From Macrostomum lignano (taxonomy: Eukaryota), in the NCBI GenBank assembly GCA_002269645.1, contig NIVC01001389.1, positions 186,001 to 250,000 of the forward strand: DNA of 64,000 nucleotides. Reading direction: 5' to 3'. Shown one piece after another: positions 37,194 through 50,309 of this stretch. The stretch's first letter is position 1, and the number at the start of each line of letters is the position of its first letter. Position numbers and translations under genes: made by a program. A model generated the notes under the pieces. The model saw only the letters and a list, made by a program, of their open reading frames with translations, ran no database searches and had not been told where the DNA came from.

Positions 37194-37584
37194 TGCTCCC
37201 ACGCATCTATCGGACTTTTTAAAAGTGCAGCTGGTGGTTTGTCCGTCAAGAGAGCTACTGAATGCAGCCGCAATCCCAGCCATTACCCAAGGGACGAAAT
37301 AGAGGGGAATGCGAGCGAGTGGGGCATGCACCGTGACCCCAGTCCCAGTCTATCCCTGTACAGCAGGCACACTGCACCGGGCTGATAGGGTCCCACAAGG
37401 GAAACCAATGCTAGTCCAGGCTATTGGTGCTTTTCAGAGTCAAAAATAGCTTGAACAGGTCGGCTGCAAACTCTGATCTCTATTGGCAGCACTTTTACTG
37501 AGTGAAAGCTCCATGCTTCATCATCATCAACATGAGCAGCAGCAGCTGGATGTCAGCCAGGTGTCCTTGCAACAAAGCAACTCC

Positions 37585-39928
37585 ATGAGCCTCCAGCCGC
37601 CACCTGCCGCAGGCTCCTCCTGCGTAAGTCCCCAGCTCCCCAGCCAAGATGCTTCCGAATTAATGATGCACATCTTGCAACTTTCATTCGCTACAGAGCC
37701 TCATCAGCAATATCGAGCAGCTGCCAACAGAGCTGCTCACGCAGATCCTGTCCGAGCTGGACCAGACCAGCCTCGGCCGGTGCGCTCAGCTGAGCAGGTT
37801 TTGGCTGGAGCTCACCTCTCAGCCGCAGCTGTGGCGCAAAATTCGCATTGACAGCCGCACCGCGGATCCCGAACTGGCGCAGCGCATCTGCGACTGGCCG
37901 GGTGGCCGCGTGCGCGAGATTTCGGCGGTCAGACTGGCAGCTAAGCACCGGCTGCCCCTGCTGCTGGCCGCATCCGCCAGTCTGACCAGCCTCTGCCTCA
38001 AGGAGATGCAGGGCGACCTCGTATTGAAGGAGGCCGGCCGCAGCTGCCAAAATCTGCGCGAGCTGCGTCTCGAATGCTGCAATGAGATGCTGTCCTTCGA
38101 CTCGGTGAGCGGCCTGCTGACCGGCTGTCCGAGCCTCTCGCTGCTGCAGTACACTGGCAGCCTGTCCGATCTGTTCGCACCGTCTGATGAGCACCGGGTG
38201 GCCCCTCTGTTCCACTCGCTGGTGAGCCGACTCTCCAGTCTCAAACTGCACCTGCTGATGACGGAGAGCCTGCCGCCGCAGTGGTTCGCTGCTCTGCCCG
38301 AGTGCCCCCGGCTCACCAGCCTCTACGTGAGCATTGCGGACTGGAGAGGTGAGCACCTGATCTCTACCTGTCCGGAGTCGGACAGGTTTGACTTCAGCGA
38401 TCTCTGCCTGTCCAGAGTCGGACAGGTTTGACTTCAGCGATCTCTGCCTGTCCAGAGTCGGACAGGTTTGACTTCAGCGATCTCTGCCTGCCCAGAGTCG
38501 GACAGGTTTGACTTCAGCGATCTCTGCCTGTCCGGAGTCGGACAGGTTTGACTTTAGCCTGACTGACTGATACTCAATGCTCATCCCTTTCAAATGACTG
38601 CTTTTCAGGCCTGGCGCACCTGCCCAGTAAAATGCCGAACCTGACCGACCTGTCCGTTCTTACCTCTCAACCTGCATCTCAGGCAAACCTGCAGCTGGGC
38701 AGGCTGCCTCATCTTCAGCGAGTGAAGATCTGCGACTTCTCCTTTCAGTCGTGGAGCTTGGATGCCATCCTGTCGGTGCTGCGAGGCGTCCGCGAGCTTC
38801 GGAGCTTCATGTTGGATGGCTGCGTGCACCTGACCGGCCAGCAGTACCGGCAGGTGGTGCGGGCCCTGTCAGCCCGCCTCACAGACCTTCGCTTTGGTGG
38901 CTGCTTCAGAAACAGAGTCGCTGAGGTCGACCTGCAGGAGCCGCTGCCACCTGGCCTGAGGCGGCTGCAAGTTGATGGATTCAAATGGGGAACGTCTGGA
39001 GTGCAGTTTGCTAGTGCTCTGGCCAGCTGCTCAGGTGAGCGGGTCTGTTGCTGGTGTGGGCTGGTGGCTGCTCAGGTGAGCGGGTCTGTTGCTGGTGTGG
39101 GCTGGTGGCTGCTCAGGTGAGCGGGTCTGTTGCTGGTGTGGGCTGGTGGCTGCTCAGGTGTGCGGGTCTGTTGCTGGTGTGGGCTTGTGGCTGCTCAGGT
39201 GAGCGGGTCTGTTGCTGGTGTGGGCTGGTGGCTGCTCAGGTGAGCGGGTCTGTTGCTGGTGTGGGCTGGTGGCTGCTCAGGTGAGCGGGTCTGTTGCTGG
39301 TGTGGGCTGGTGGCTGCTCAGGTGAGCGGGTCTGTTGCTGGTGTGGGCTGGTGGCTGCTCAGGTGAGCATTCAGACCACTGCACAGAGGCGGTCGGGTCA
39401 ATGTCGAGTTGCTAACGCTACAAGCGTAACACGAGTTTATTGTAACAAATTTTCAAATCAGGCCTGACGCACCTGGCCTTGGCGGTCTGCAGCGACGACC
39501 TGCTGCCGGCTCTGCTCGCCCAGCTGCCCCGCCTGCGCTGCCTCTACATCCACGACTGCAGCCGCCTGACCCGTCAGGCCTGGGTGAACCTGCTAAACTT
39601 GTGGAGCCTCGCAGTTTCCCTGCCTGACCTGCAGGAGTTTTCCGCTGTCAACTGCAGCGAGTCCAGCCTCACTGATGAGGCGGTGGCCAACCTGTGCGCC
39701 AGTCCGGTTGCCAGGGGCCTGCGGCGGCTCAACCTGTCTCAGTGCCGCCAGCTGACCGCCGCTGCACTCGCCAGCATCGCCAGCGGCTGCCCCTGGCTTA
39801 CCCGCCTGGCTCTGAAGCCATTTCCTAAATTGGTCGAGTCGGAGCTTTCAGAATTTCGAGCATCCTTTGAGCAGTGCTTGGAGGTCAGGGAGTTCGGCCT
39901 CCATCCCGAGTGCCAGTGGGTTGGCTGA
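37585..39928 (+). CDS. F-box/LRR gene 3, apparently intact (exons 37585-37623, 37697-38348, 38609-39034, 39462-39928)
   Basis: ATG exon with GTAAGT donor; all introns GT-AG and frame-preserving; F-box followed by LRRs. Confidence 0.82.
38359..38556. repeat. 41-bp intronic repeat (GATCTCTGCCTGTCCAGAGTCGGACAGGTTTGACTTCAGC-like), 4-5 copies
   Basis: Starts about 10 bp after the donor; each unit contains CAG|GT. Confidence 0.9.
39025..39370. repeat. 41-bp junction repeat (GCTGCTCAG|GTGAGCGGGTCTGTTGCTGGTGTGGGCTGGTG)n, 9 donor-like sites
   Basis: The unit begins with the exon end and donor. The same unit occurs at 59215-59570. Confidence 0.95.
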
Positions 39929-40324
39929 CCCAGGCGATAAGGCAGCAGCCTTTGAGTCCTCAATAGTACGAGCGTACGTGTATTTTTAGCATAAAGCCGG
40001 CCTTCAAATGTTTTCTAAGAAACAGATTTTCTCATCAATCAAATTGAGTTGTTCATTGTGCATCTCATGAAATACACAAAATAAACTCTTATGTTGTGAT
40101 TTTTTATACGCTACTAATGTTACTGATGAATGTCTCAAGATAAGTAGGCAGATGTTTCCTCTAGCTGTTTATTGAATTGAAAGGTCATTTTTCTCTATCA
40201 TTACTCCGTCATTACTCCATCACGTGACAGACGCGCAGCCTTTGAGAACAGAGTATGAGTTTAATGAATTCATAGACTGAGTGATCCAGATAGAAAAAAT
40301 GACACAGCATATACTGCTTGCAAT

Positions 40325-42985
40325 ATGCCGCCTGCAACGCAAACTTCAGATCAGCTCTGCATGGAGCGGCTGCCAGAGGAGCTGCTCACGCAGATCCTGT
40401 CCGAGCTGGACCAGACCAGCCTCGGCCGGTGCGCTCAGCTGAGCAGGCGCTGGCGGCGGCTCGCCACGCAGCCGCGGCTGTGGCGCAAAATCCGCATTGA
40501 CGGCCGCACCGCAGAGGCCGAGCTGATGGAGCGGCTCAGAGACTGGCTGGGCGGCAGCGTGCGGGAGATCTCGGCCTGCGGGCTGACAGCCGAGCAGCGG
40601 CTGCCACTGCTGCTGGCCGCATCCGCCAGCCTCACCTGCCTCAGTTTGAAGGACATTGGCAGCGAATTTCTGGTGACGGAGGCCGGGCGTAGCTGCCCCA
40701 GTCTGCGGGAGCTGCGCCTCGAAGACTCCGGTAAGGTGCTCTCGGTCGAGTCGCTGAGCAGCCTGCTGGACGGCTGCCCGCGCCTCTCGCTGCTGGAAGC
40801 CACTGGCGAGGTGTTCGGAGGCCTTCAGAGAGAGCAGCTGCAGCAGAAGTTCCACCAGCTGGCCGCCCGCCTCACCCGCCTTTCCCTCGACTGCCCCCGG
40901 GCCGCTGAAGTCATCCGCAACCTGCCGGAGTGCCCGCGTCTTGAAAGTCTTCGCTTTCTGCACTACCGAGACTGGCTTGGTGAGTCGCTGCTGAGTTGCT
41001 GGGCATTTTGTCAGTAAAATGTCTTTGATTTATAAGGGGGCCCGCTGAAAATGTTACCGTGACAAGAATCGCTAGAGTGATTGCAAACTACTCACTAGTG
41101 ACTCTGGGGTGAGTCTTGTGACTTTTTAAGGACTCAGACGACTGAAACGCGACAGGAGAGGCGGCTGTTGAGTCACGAACGCATCACGTGAGTTGCAGAG
41201 TCTCGACAAAGTCTTTCAAGAGTCATTGTGTTCTACTAAGTCAAGTAGACTAAATGCGTTGCTTTACATGCAAATTCGAAATGCGATTCTATCGGTAATT
41301 CGTAAGTGACGCAGATGCGCTTTAGACGCTACTCAGTGATTCTACAGCGACTCAAGCGCGCCCTAGATACAATTCTGCGTCGCCAGAAGTCACTACAGAA
41401 GCGCCCCAGAGTCACTATAGAAGCGCCCCAGAGTCACTATAGAAGCGCCCCAGAGTCACTATAGAAGCGCCCCAGAGTCACTATAGAAGCGCCCCAGAGT
41501 CACTATAGAAGCGCCCCAGAGTCACTATAGAAGCGCCCCAGAGTCACTATAGAAGCGCCCCAGAGTCACTATAGAAGCGCCCCAGAGTCACTATAGAAGC
41601 GCCCCAGAGTCACTATAGAAGCGCCCCAGAGTCACTATAGAAGCGCCCCAGAGTCACTATAGAAGCGCCCCAGAGTCACTTTAGAAGCGCCCCAGAGTCA
41701 CTATAGAAGCGCCCCAGAGTCACTATAGAAGCGCCCCAGAGTCACTGTAGAAGCGCCCCAGAGTCACTATAGAAGCGCCCCAGAGTCACTATAGAAGCGC
41801 CCCAGAGTCACTATAGAAGCGCCCCAGAGTCACTTTAGAAGCGCCCCAGAGTCACTATAGAAGCGCCCCAGAGTCACTATAGAAGCGCCCCAGAGTCACT
41901 ACAGAAGCGCCCCAGAAGCGCCCCAGAGTCGCAGACAATAAGACGCCTCAAATTAGCTCCTAAGCGACTCTTTGGCGACTTGTACCGTGAGATCTCGTCA
42001 CTTTGGAGTAGTCTAGAGTCACTCCTTTGTTACGACTCTGAAACGGTTCCAGTGCTCAAGTTGACATCCCCTATTATTACCGCCGCACTTCCCAGAGCTG
42101 CTCCAGCTGCTTCCCAGGCTGCCCTGCCTGAAGGACTTGACAGCCAGTTTTAAGCCCTCAAAGCTGACAGACTTGCCCAGAGACCTTCAGCTGCCAGCGC
42201 TGCCTCACCTGCGGCAACTCCGCCTCATGAGCATGAGCAGGCAGTACCACGACTTCGCCATCGCGCTGCTACTTCCTCGCCTTCAGCACCTGCAGGTCTT
42301 CAGCTTGCACTGCTGGTGGTCGGCATCTGGCGAGAACTACAAGAGAGTCCTGCGGGCGCTGCCTGCCGGCCTCGGCCACCTCAGCCTGCGGGGCTACGGC
42401 CTGGCCGCCATGAGCGAGGCCGACCTGAGCGAGGCGCTGCCGGCGGGCCTGCAGTGTCTGCAGCTGGAGGGACCCGGCTTCACGCTGTCTGGGCTGCGGC
42501 TGATGGACGGGTTAGTCGGATGCTCTGGTGAGCTGACTCACCTGGAGCTGGACTTCTGTCACGATGACCTTCTACTAGCTCTGCTGTCCCGACTGCCCCG
42601 CCTGCGCTGCCTCCGCCTCAACGATTGCATCCGCCTGACCCGCCAGGCCTGGGCGAACCTGCGGGACCTGCAGAGCCTCGACGCCTCCCTGATGGCGGAC
42701 CTGCACGAGCTCACGGCTTACAATTGCAGCGAGTCCAGCCTCACCGATGAGGCGGTGGCCAACCTGTGCGCCAGTCCGGTTGCCAGGGGCCTGCGGCGAC
42801 TCGGCCTGTCAGTGTGCATCAGCCTGACCTCATCTGCACTGTGCAGCATCGCCAGTGGCTGCCCGTGGCTGACCCAGCTGACCCTGATCGGCCCCCGCCT
42901 CTGTATTGATGAATCTCATCTTGTTCAGTTTCGCGCTGCCTTCCAGCATTCTGTTGATGCGGAGTTGCGAATTCGCTGTGCGTGA
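40325..42985 (+). CDS. F-box/LRR gene 4, apparently intact, 2 exons (40325-40979, 42096-42985)
   Basis: ATG start, F-box, phase-1 intron. The last two family exons are fused in one open frame. Confidence 0.85.
41390..41925. repeat. 22-bp minisatellite (AGAAGCGCCCCAGAGTCACTAT)n
   Basis: About 24 tandem copies in the gene 4 intron. Confidence 0.96.
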
Positions 42986-43259
42986 CGAACTCTCGCTTGT
43001 TGCTTCTTACTTGACTTGACTATACTTGACTCCAGCCGCATGCCATCCTCTCCTGCACAACTCCGTTTCTTTTATTGCGACATTTTTCGAGCTGTGTGAG
43101 AGATTTTACAATTCAAATCTTTGCTTGTCTACTTTTCTCATTTGTCTGAATTGAATCTCGCCAGCGGTTTTCGTTTCGTCGCTGGATTTATAATTTCACG
43201 TCTTGTCGAAGACAGTCAGTAATCAATAGATTTTCAAGATTTTCAAGTGCCCCAGAATA

Positions 43260-44520
43260 TCACAGTGGTTCGGGAAGTGCCCAGAATGTGACAGTGGGTC
43301 AGGAAGTTCCCCAGAATGTGACAGTGTGACAGTGGGTCAGGAAGTTCCCCAGAATGTGACAGTGTGACAGTGGGTCAGGAAGTTCCCCAGAATGTGACAG
43401 TGGGTCAGGAAGTTCCTCAGAATGTGACAGTGTGACAGTGGGTCAGGAAGTGCCCCAGAATGTGACAGTGGGTCAGGAAGTGCCCCAGAATGTGACAGTA
43501 GGTCAGGAAGTTCCCCAGAATGTGACAGTGTGACAGTGGGTCAGGAAGTTCCCCAGAATGTGACAGTGTGACAGTGGGTCAGGAAGTTCCCCAGAATGTG
43601 ACAGTGTGACAGTGGGTCAGGAAGTGCCCAGAATATGACAGTAGGTCAGGAAGTGCCCAGAATATGACAGTAGGTCAGGAAGTGCCCAGAATATGACAGT
43701 AGGTCAGGAAGTGCCCCAGAATGTGACAGTGGATCAGGAAGTGCCCCAGAATGTGACAGTGAGTCAGGAAGTGCCCCAGAATATGACAGTGGATCAGGAA
43801 GTTCCCCAGAATGTGACAGTAGGTCAGGAAGTTCCCCAGAATGTGACAGTGTGACAGTGGGTCAGGAAGTTCCCCAGAATGTGACAGTGTGACAGTGGGT
43901 CAGGAAGTTCCCCAGAATGTGACAGTGTGACAGTGGGTCAGGAAGTGCCCCAGAATGTGACAGTGGGTCAGGAAGTGCCCAGAATATGACAGTAGGTCAG
44001 GAAGTGCCCCAGAATGTGATAGTAGGTCAGGAAGTGCCCCAGAATATGACAGTAGGTCAGGAAGTTCCCCAGAATGTGACAGTGTGACAGTGGGTCAGGA
44101 AGTTCCCCAGAATGTGACAGTGTGACAGAGGGTCAGGAAGTGCCCAGAATATGACAGTAGGTCAGGAAGTGCCCAGAATATGACAGTAGGTCAGGAAGTG
44201 CCCCAGAATGTGACAGTGGATCAGGAAGTGCCCCAGAATGTGACAGTGGATCAGGAAGTGCCCCAGAATGTGACAGTGGGTCAGGAAGTGCCCCAGAATG
44301 TGACAGTGGATCAGGAAGTGCCCCAGAATGTGACAGTGGGTCAGGAAGTGCCCAGAATATGACAGTAGGTCAGGAAGTGCCCCAGAATGTGATAGTAGGT
44401 CAGGAAGTGCCCAGAATATGACAGTAGGTCAGGAAGTGCCCCAGAATGTGACAGTGGATCAGGAAGTGCCCCAGAATGTGACAGTGAGTCAGGAAGTGCC
44501 CCAGAATGTGACAGTGGGTC
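43260..44520. repeat. About 30-bp minisatellite (GTGACAGTGGGTCAGGAAGTGCCCCAGAAT)n with 29- and 37-bp variants
   Basis: Intergenic tandem array. Confidence 0.95.
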
Positions 44521-44766
44521 AGTAAGTGACAGTATAAGTCAGAGCGAGAACTCTAAGCAAACTGGGTTTAAGAAAAGCTCCCTCCAGTGTTAGCAGCCAC
44601 TCCCATAGCCTTAGGAACTCCTCAGATTTTCGGTGCCTCCACAACGTACAGAGACAAATTCTCTATTAAAAGACTGTCGTCCAGATGAATATCAAGTTTG
44701 TCAGGTGTATTTTTGCTACTGACCAGTTTCAGAACTGAGAGACCTCGTGTGAGTCAATAAAAACAG

Positions 44767-46355
44767 ATGGAGAAAATTCTTCCGGACGAGCTGCTCACGC
44801 AGATCCTGTCCGAGCTGGACCAGACCAGCCTCGGCCGGTGCGCTCAGCTGAGCAGGCGCTGGCGGCGGCTCGCCACGCAGCCGCGGCTGTGGCGCAAAAT
44901 CCACATCGGCGGGTACAGATGCAGCCTGGATGCTGAGCTGATGGCGCGCCTCGGAGACTGGCTGGGTGACAGCCTGCAGGAGATTTCGATCAAATGTCTG
45001 AAGTCCAACGATAATCTGCGGGAACTGCTGGTCAGAGCCGAGAATTTGACCAGCCTCAGCATCCATTCTGCATCCGAAAGCTGCTGCGCATTGCGATATT
45101 TGGGTCTCTGTCGCAACCTCAAGGAGCTTCGAGTCAGCGAAAGCTGCAAGTTGGTGACGGAGGATTCGCTGAACCTTCTGCTGTACTCCTGCCCGGAGCT
45201 GTCCGTGCTGGAGGTCAGCAGTCTGGATGACTTCTGGGATGACACGAATCCTCGGGTGGGCAGGCTGTTCTCAACCCTGGTGAGCCACCTCACAAGTTTG
45301 TCCGTCTGCTTCGCTGATGCCACCAAACTTCTGAGGGACCTGACGAAGTGTCCGCGACTCACGAGTCTCAACTTTGCGTTTCCTGATATTGCAAGTGAGG
45401 CATTTTTTTGTTTTGAAATGCCAAACTTTACCCCAGTCTTCTTTGTAGAGGCCTGCGGCAATGGCCCAGTTTTTTATGATGATGATTGTGATGATAGTGA
45501 TGAAGATGATGATGATGATGATTGTGATGATAGTGATGAAGATTATGATGATGATGATTGTGATGATGTTGATGTTGATGCTGATGCTGATGATGATGAT
45601 GATGAAGATGATGCTGATGCTGATGCTGATGCTGATGCTGATAATGATGCTGATGATGCTGATGCTGATGATGCTGATGCTGATTTTTTTTCAGATTTTT
45701 TTATTAGAGGCAGGGGGGTTGTGTGCACCCTGGCGCACTTTAAGCGACATAGGCACACAACCGGCGAGAGGCATTACTGCCCATTCCGCCGACTCCCCTG
45801 AGCAGGCATACAAGCGCGCGGATACGTACGCAGGCACACACTCACACAGGAGTGTACAGCGGCCCTAACTTTATATTATCGTTAGGCATGTACACTTCAC
45901 TGCGCCTTGGGGGGTTGGCTCTCAAGGCCGTTAATTGCACAAGCAGAGCCAAGCCGAGATTCCAATTCAGCCCCAAATTAATGTGACTGCACTTGGAATC
46001 GAGCCTGGGTCGCTGGCACACCAGAGCAGCTGCTCTACCGCTGGGCTACGGCCCCCCTTGATGATGAAGATGATGCTGATGCTTATGCTGATGCTGATGC
46101 TTATGCTGATGCTGATGATGTTGATGCTGATGATGTTGATGCTGATGATGCTGATGCTGATGATGATGATGATGATGATGATGCTGATGATGATGATGAT
46201 GATGCTGATGCTGATGATGTTGATGCTGATGATGCTGATGCTGATGATGATGATGATGATGATGATGCTGATGATGATGATGATGATGCTGATGATGCTG
46301 ATGATGATGATGATGATGCTGATGATGATAATGATGATGATGATGATGATGCTGT

Positions 46356-46417
<62 letters not shown>

Positions 46418-49400
46418 CTGATGATGATGATTATTATTATGATTATGATGATATCAGGGTGTCCGCGCGAAATTCAATATTAATTTCCAGGTTTTTCCAG
46501 GTTTTTCCAGGTTCAAATAAGTAAAGCTCCAGGTTGCTACCTGGTGAAGCTTTATAAAATGAAACGTGAAAAATGAAATGGAAAGTAAAAAATGGGTAAA
46601 ATATACAGTCTATTGTCAATGAGCCGTCCATTAAAACTACAAGACTAACATTGAACGAAACTGAAACTCGTAAAATAGAACATAAAATGGGACATTTATG
46701 GAAGTGAAAATAAAGCAAAATATGCATGACAGTAAACGCTCCGCCAATGTTCAGCAAATAATTATGAGCTTTTTAAGTACTTGTAACTAACTGTCGTCAG
46801 TTAACAAATGTACTTAGGCGAGCCTTTTGCGCAACTCCTCGACACGAGCAAGCGCCTCTGTCTCTTCAGCCAACAGAGCACGTCGCTTAGCTTCGAGCTC
46901 CTGTTCGATTCGGAAAATCTCGTCAGTCGCTTTTCTCTTCTGGGATACGGTGACCGCTGTGTTCGATTTCTCCTCGTCTCGTTTTTCCTCCAAGGCATCA
47001 CGGTAACGCTGCCTGGCCATTCTGACACTAGATAGGAGATTTTTGGAGAGTAAGATGTTCTTGCGGCCACCAGCTACTGTTATAGCATCCTGGACTTGGC
47101 GCAGGGACACCAAAGAATCCTGCAGGAGGTTAGGCACCAGCAAGTCCTTGTTCACAGAAAATCCACTTTCAACAGTGGCATTGCCATGCGACATTATCAA
47201 GACCATGCTTATCGGCTTCCAGAGCGCATCTCTGGCTGCTAGCTGCAAGCCGTGAAGCACACTTGCAGTGGCTTCTGCACCAGCAAGCAGGTTCCAGTAG
47301 AGCGTGTCTACTCGCTCACTCGCGGCATTAAATGCGGCCATTGTTCTCTGAACCTCTGGACTCTCCACAAAAGTCCCAAAACTGCGTTGAGCAAGGTCGC
47401 ACCCATCTGCAGATAGTCGATGACACTCCATGAGGTCCGTAAGTAGCATCCGAAAGCGCTGTTGGCTGACTTCTGGAGAGCTGCAAATGAGTGTTGGCGA
47501 GAGAGAGCTAGCTCCGCGAACAATTGGATATCGAAGAGGCGACTTCTCTAGAAGTTTTTCAATCAATTTGCAGTAGAACTGCTTGCATTCCGAAAGGAAT
47601 TTCAGTTTGTCCTGCTCTGAAATCGTCTTCTCAGCAAGAGCGACACCCAATTCTTTTCGTGCGGCGAATCCAATGTCAATTAACTTTGCTGGCAAAGCAG
47701 CCTTATCCAGTTCCAAATTCGCCAGATCCGACACGGAAGCCTTGGTGACAATCTGTTGCGTAAAATAATAAGACAATATATATACTATGGAACTACAGTT
47801 GAAGTCAGTCGGCTGCATTGAATTACCTACTTACCTCAGGCTTCAAAAAAAGGCGACCAACAGTAAGAACGATGACGCTCAGCTTCTCATAGAGAAAGAC
47901 AAACATCGGCTTCTTTGTCTGAAATTCGAGTAAGAATGGCTCAAGAAGCAGCGAAACACTGCGGAAGAACTGAAGCTTAGCTGAAAGAAGCGGATCCTTG
48001 CACGCATCGCGAATTTCGCCCATCAGTTGACTTCCTTCGCCTTTGACCTTAAATTTAAAGCGCAACGTTTTGACAGCTCCGATTCTGTTTAAACATACAT
48101 ATGTTTTGGCTACTGTGGATAATTAAGATATACAAAAAATGTTTTTCTCACCGCTGCTTTCCGGAGCCACATCTTAAGGTTAGGCAGAATGGCGATTGCT
48201 CGTGAAGCCACAGGAGAATTCTCTAGCCAGCGGACAAGGCAAAACTTCAGTGGAAATTGGGTGTCGTTAGCTTTCGTGAGAGAAATGTACTCAGCTCGAC
48301 GTGCTGGACAGTCCTTAAGAAGCCGGTATAAGCTCCGCAAAAATCTGTTGAGCTCCCATGAAGTTGCAGCATGGCCGCACTGAAAAGCTCGGCTGACGGT
48401 ATGCAAGCCGCATGTCCCAGCTTCAACAGGAACCGGGCTTTCAGGAATAGCAGAAATTTTGCCTTTCAGCAGTCGTAGAGTCTTTAAATTTACATTTGGA
48501 CCGTCCATTGATACTTGTAGTACGGATGAAAGTGGCAGGTTTTTTAAGACGGACTCGAGTGCTTCAAGCAGGTTTTCCGCCTTGGTCGAGCCTAAAAAAG
48601 CAGATCCAAGATACTGGGATTGAACCTGATGGCGTTTGTTATCCCAGAATCGAACATGAACGTCCATCTGACTCTTTTGTGTAATCTTGTTTAGAGCCTC
48701 ATCATAGCAAACCACGATGTCGGTACAGGCAGCCAGGTTCTGGCGCAGCTCTTGCTCGAAGAATGGAGCGAGTCCAAATTTCAGCATGTAGCCAATCTGT
48801 TGGAATGGATGTAGAGTAGGGTTTTTAACTTTAATGTTGCATTAATTTTTAACTAGGTTAAAAATAATTACAAAAAATACATAACAATTACATACCTTGT
48901 CTCGGCCCAATGAAAAGTGCTTAGCAATTTCACTATCAGGAAACATATCTTGAAATGTTTCAGGCAGCCCATCAGCCGAACGCATGCTGTAGTTTTTTTC
49001 AACACAAAACAATGCCCACGTGACTTCAGCCTTCAGGACAGCCTCCCTAGTGAAGTAGTTCAACTTAAGGACAGTAGATTGCTGTGGTTGCTGAAGTGCT
49101 ACTAGTTGTTCTTGAACCGTAACTGTTGCTGTAGATGGCTCCACAGTGTCACTGATACCATCCTTGGGCTTCTGTGACTGCTGCTGAGATGATGACAGCA
49201 TTGCACGAACACTGTACTGGGAACTCACAGCAGTGGCATTCTTTACATGTGTTGACTGGCGCATGTGGCTATCAATTGCAGCTTTGCCCATGTTGCTCAG
49301 CTTGAATTTTTTGTTGCAGACAGCACAAAAAGCAGCAGCTGAATCCCCTGGTGCCTTCTTTAAAAAGGTTGCATATTGTGGAAAACAGTTGGCATTCAGC

Positions 49401-50077
49401 CAAGCATCCAAGAACCTTGACATAATCAGGACTGTGATAGCGCAGTGCTCAGTGCTAGAAGAAAAATTCAGGAAAGCTAGTAGATCGTAGAACACCAGGT
49501 TCAAGTAAACCTCATACAATTCTCTACACTATATAAAACAAACTGTCTTCATTACATAATATGAACTGCTTCTACTAAATTCATCGATCTGAACAAATGT
49601 CAAGACATTACAGTTATAGGGTCTTGTAGATTGATTAAATCTAGATTATTTATTTCTTGTATTATACTAACTAAAGAACAAAATTAAAAGTATAGAATAA
49701 AATACTTTGCTATAAATATACAATTTAATAAGAATATAACTATACAGGAGAGGTTGTATTTGTAAGATACTATGACATGGTAGCAGCATTTTTTAACAAC
49801 AAAGTTTCTATCACATCATATAGCATAATGGCATGCATTACTAAATTATAGTCTATTTCCACTTTCACATTACACAGATCATAGGAAGAATGATAAATTC
49901 CAGGTTTCCCCTCCCACATTGGTGTATTTCCAGGTTTTTTCTTCTGTTTTGGGGCGCTTCCAGGTTTTTCCAGGTTTTTTTGCATTTCCAGGTTTTTCCA
50001 GGTTTTTCCTTGTTTTTCCAGGTCGCGGACACCCTGGATGATGATGATGATGATAATGATGATGATGATGATGCTGC

Positions 50078-50109
<32 letters not shown>

Positions 50110-50164
50110 CTAATGATGATGATGATAATGATGATGCTGATGATGATAATGATGATGATGATGC

Positions 50165-50199
<35 letters not shown>

Positions 50200-50277
50200 C
50201 TGATGATGATGATGATGATGCTGATGATGATGATGATGATGATGATGATGCTGATGATGATGATGATTATTATGATT

Positions 50278-50309
<32 letters not shown>

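Larger units (their letters stand above)
45473..50307. repeat. Degenerate (GAT)n/(GATGCT)n microsatellite split into 45473-45683, 46058-46454 and 50037-50307
   Basis: The same repeat type flanks both inserted elements. Poly-D and poly-M ORFs are artefacts. Confidence 0.93.

Noticed and set aside
43260-44520. Approximately 30-bp repeat arrays as CRISPR arrays
   Set aside because: Units are head-to-tail with no unique spacers, there are no cas genes, and the DNA is eukaryotic.
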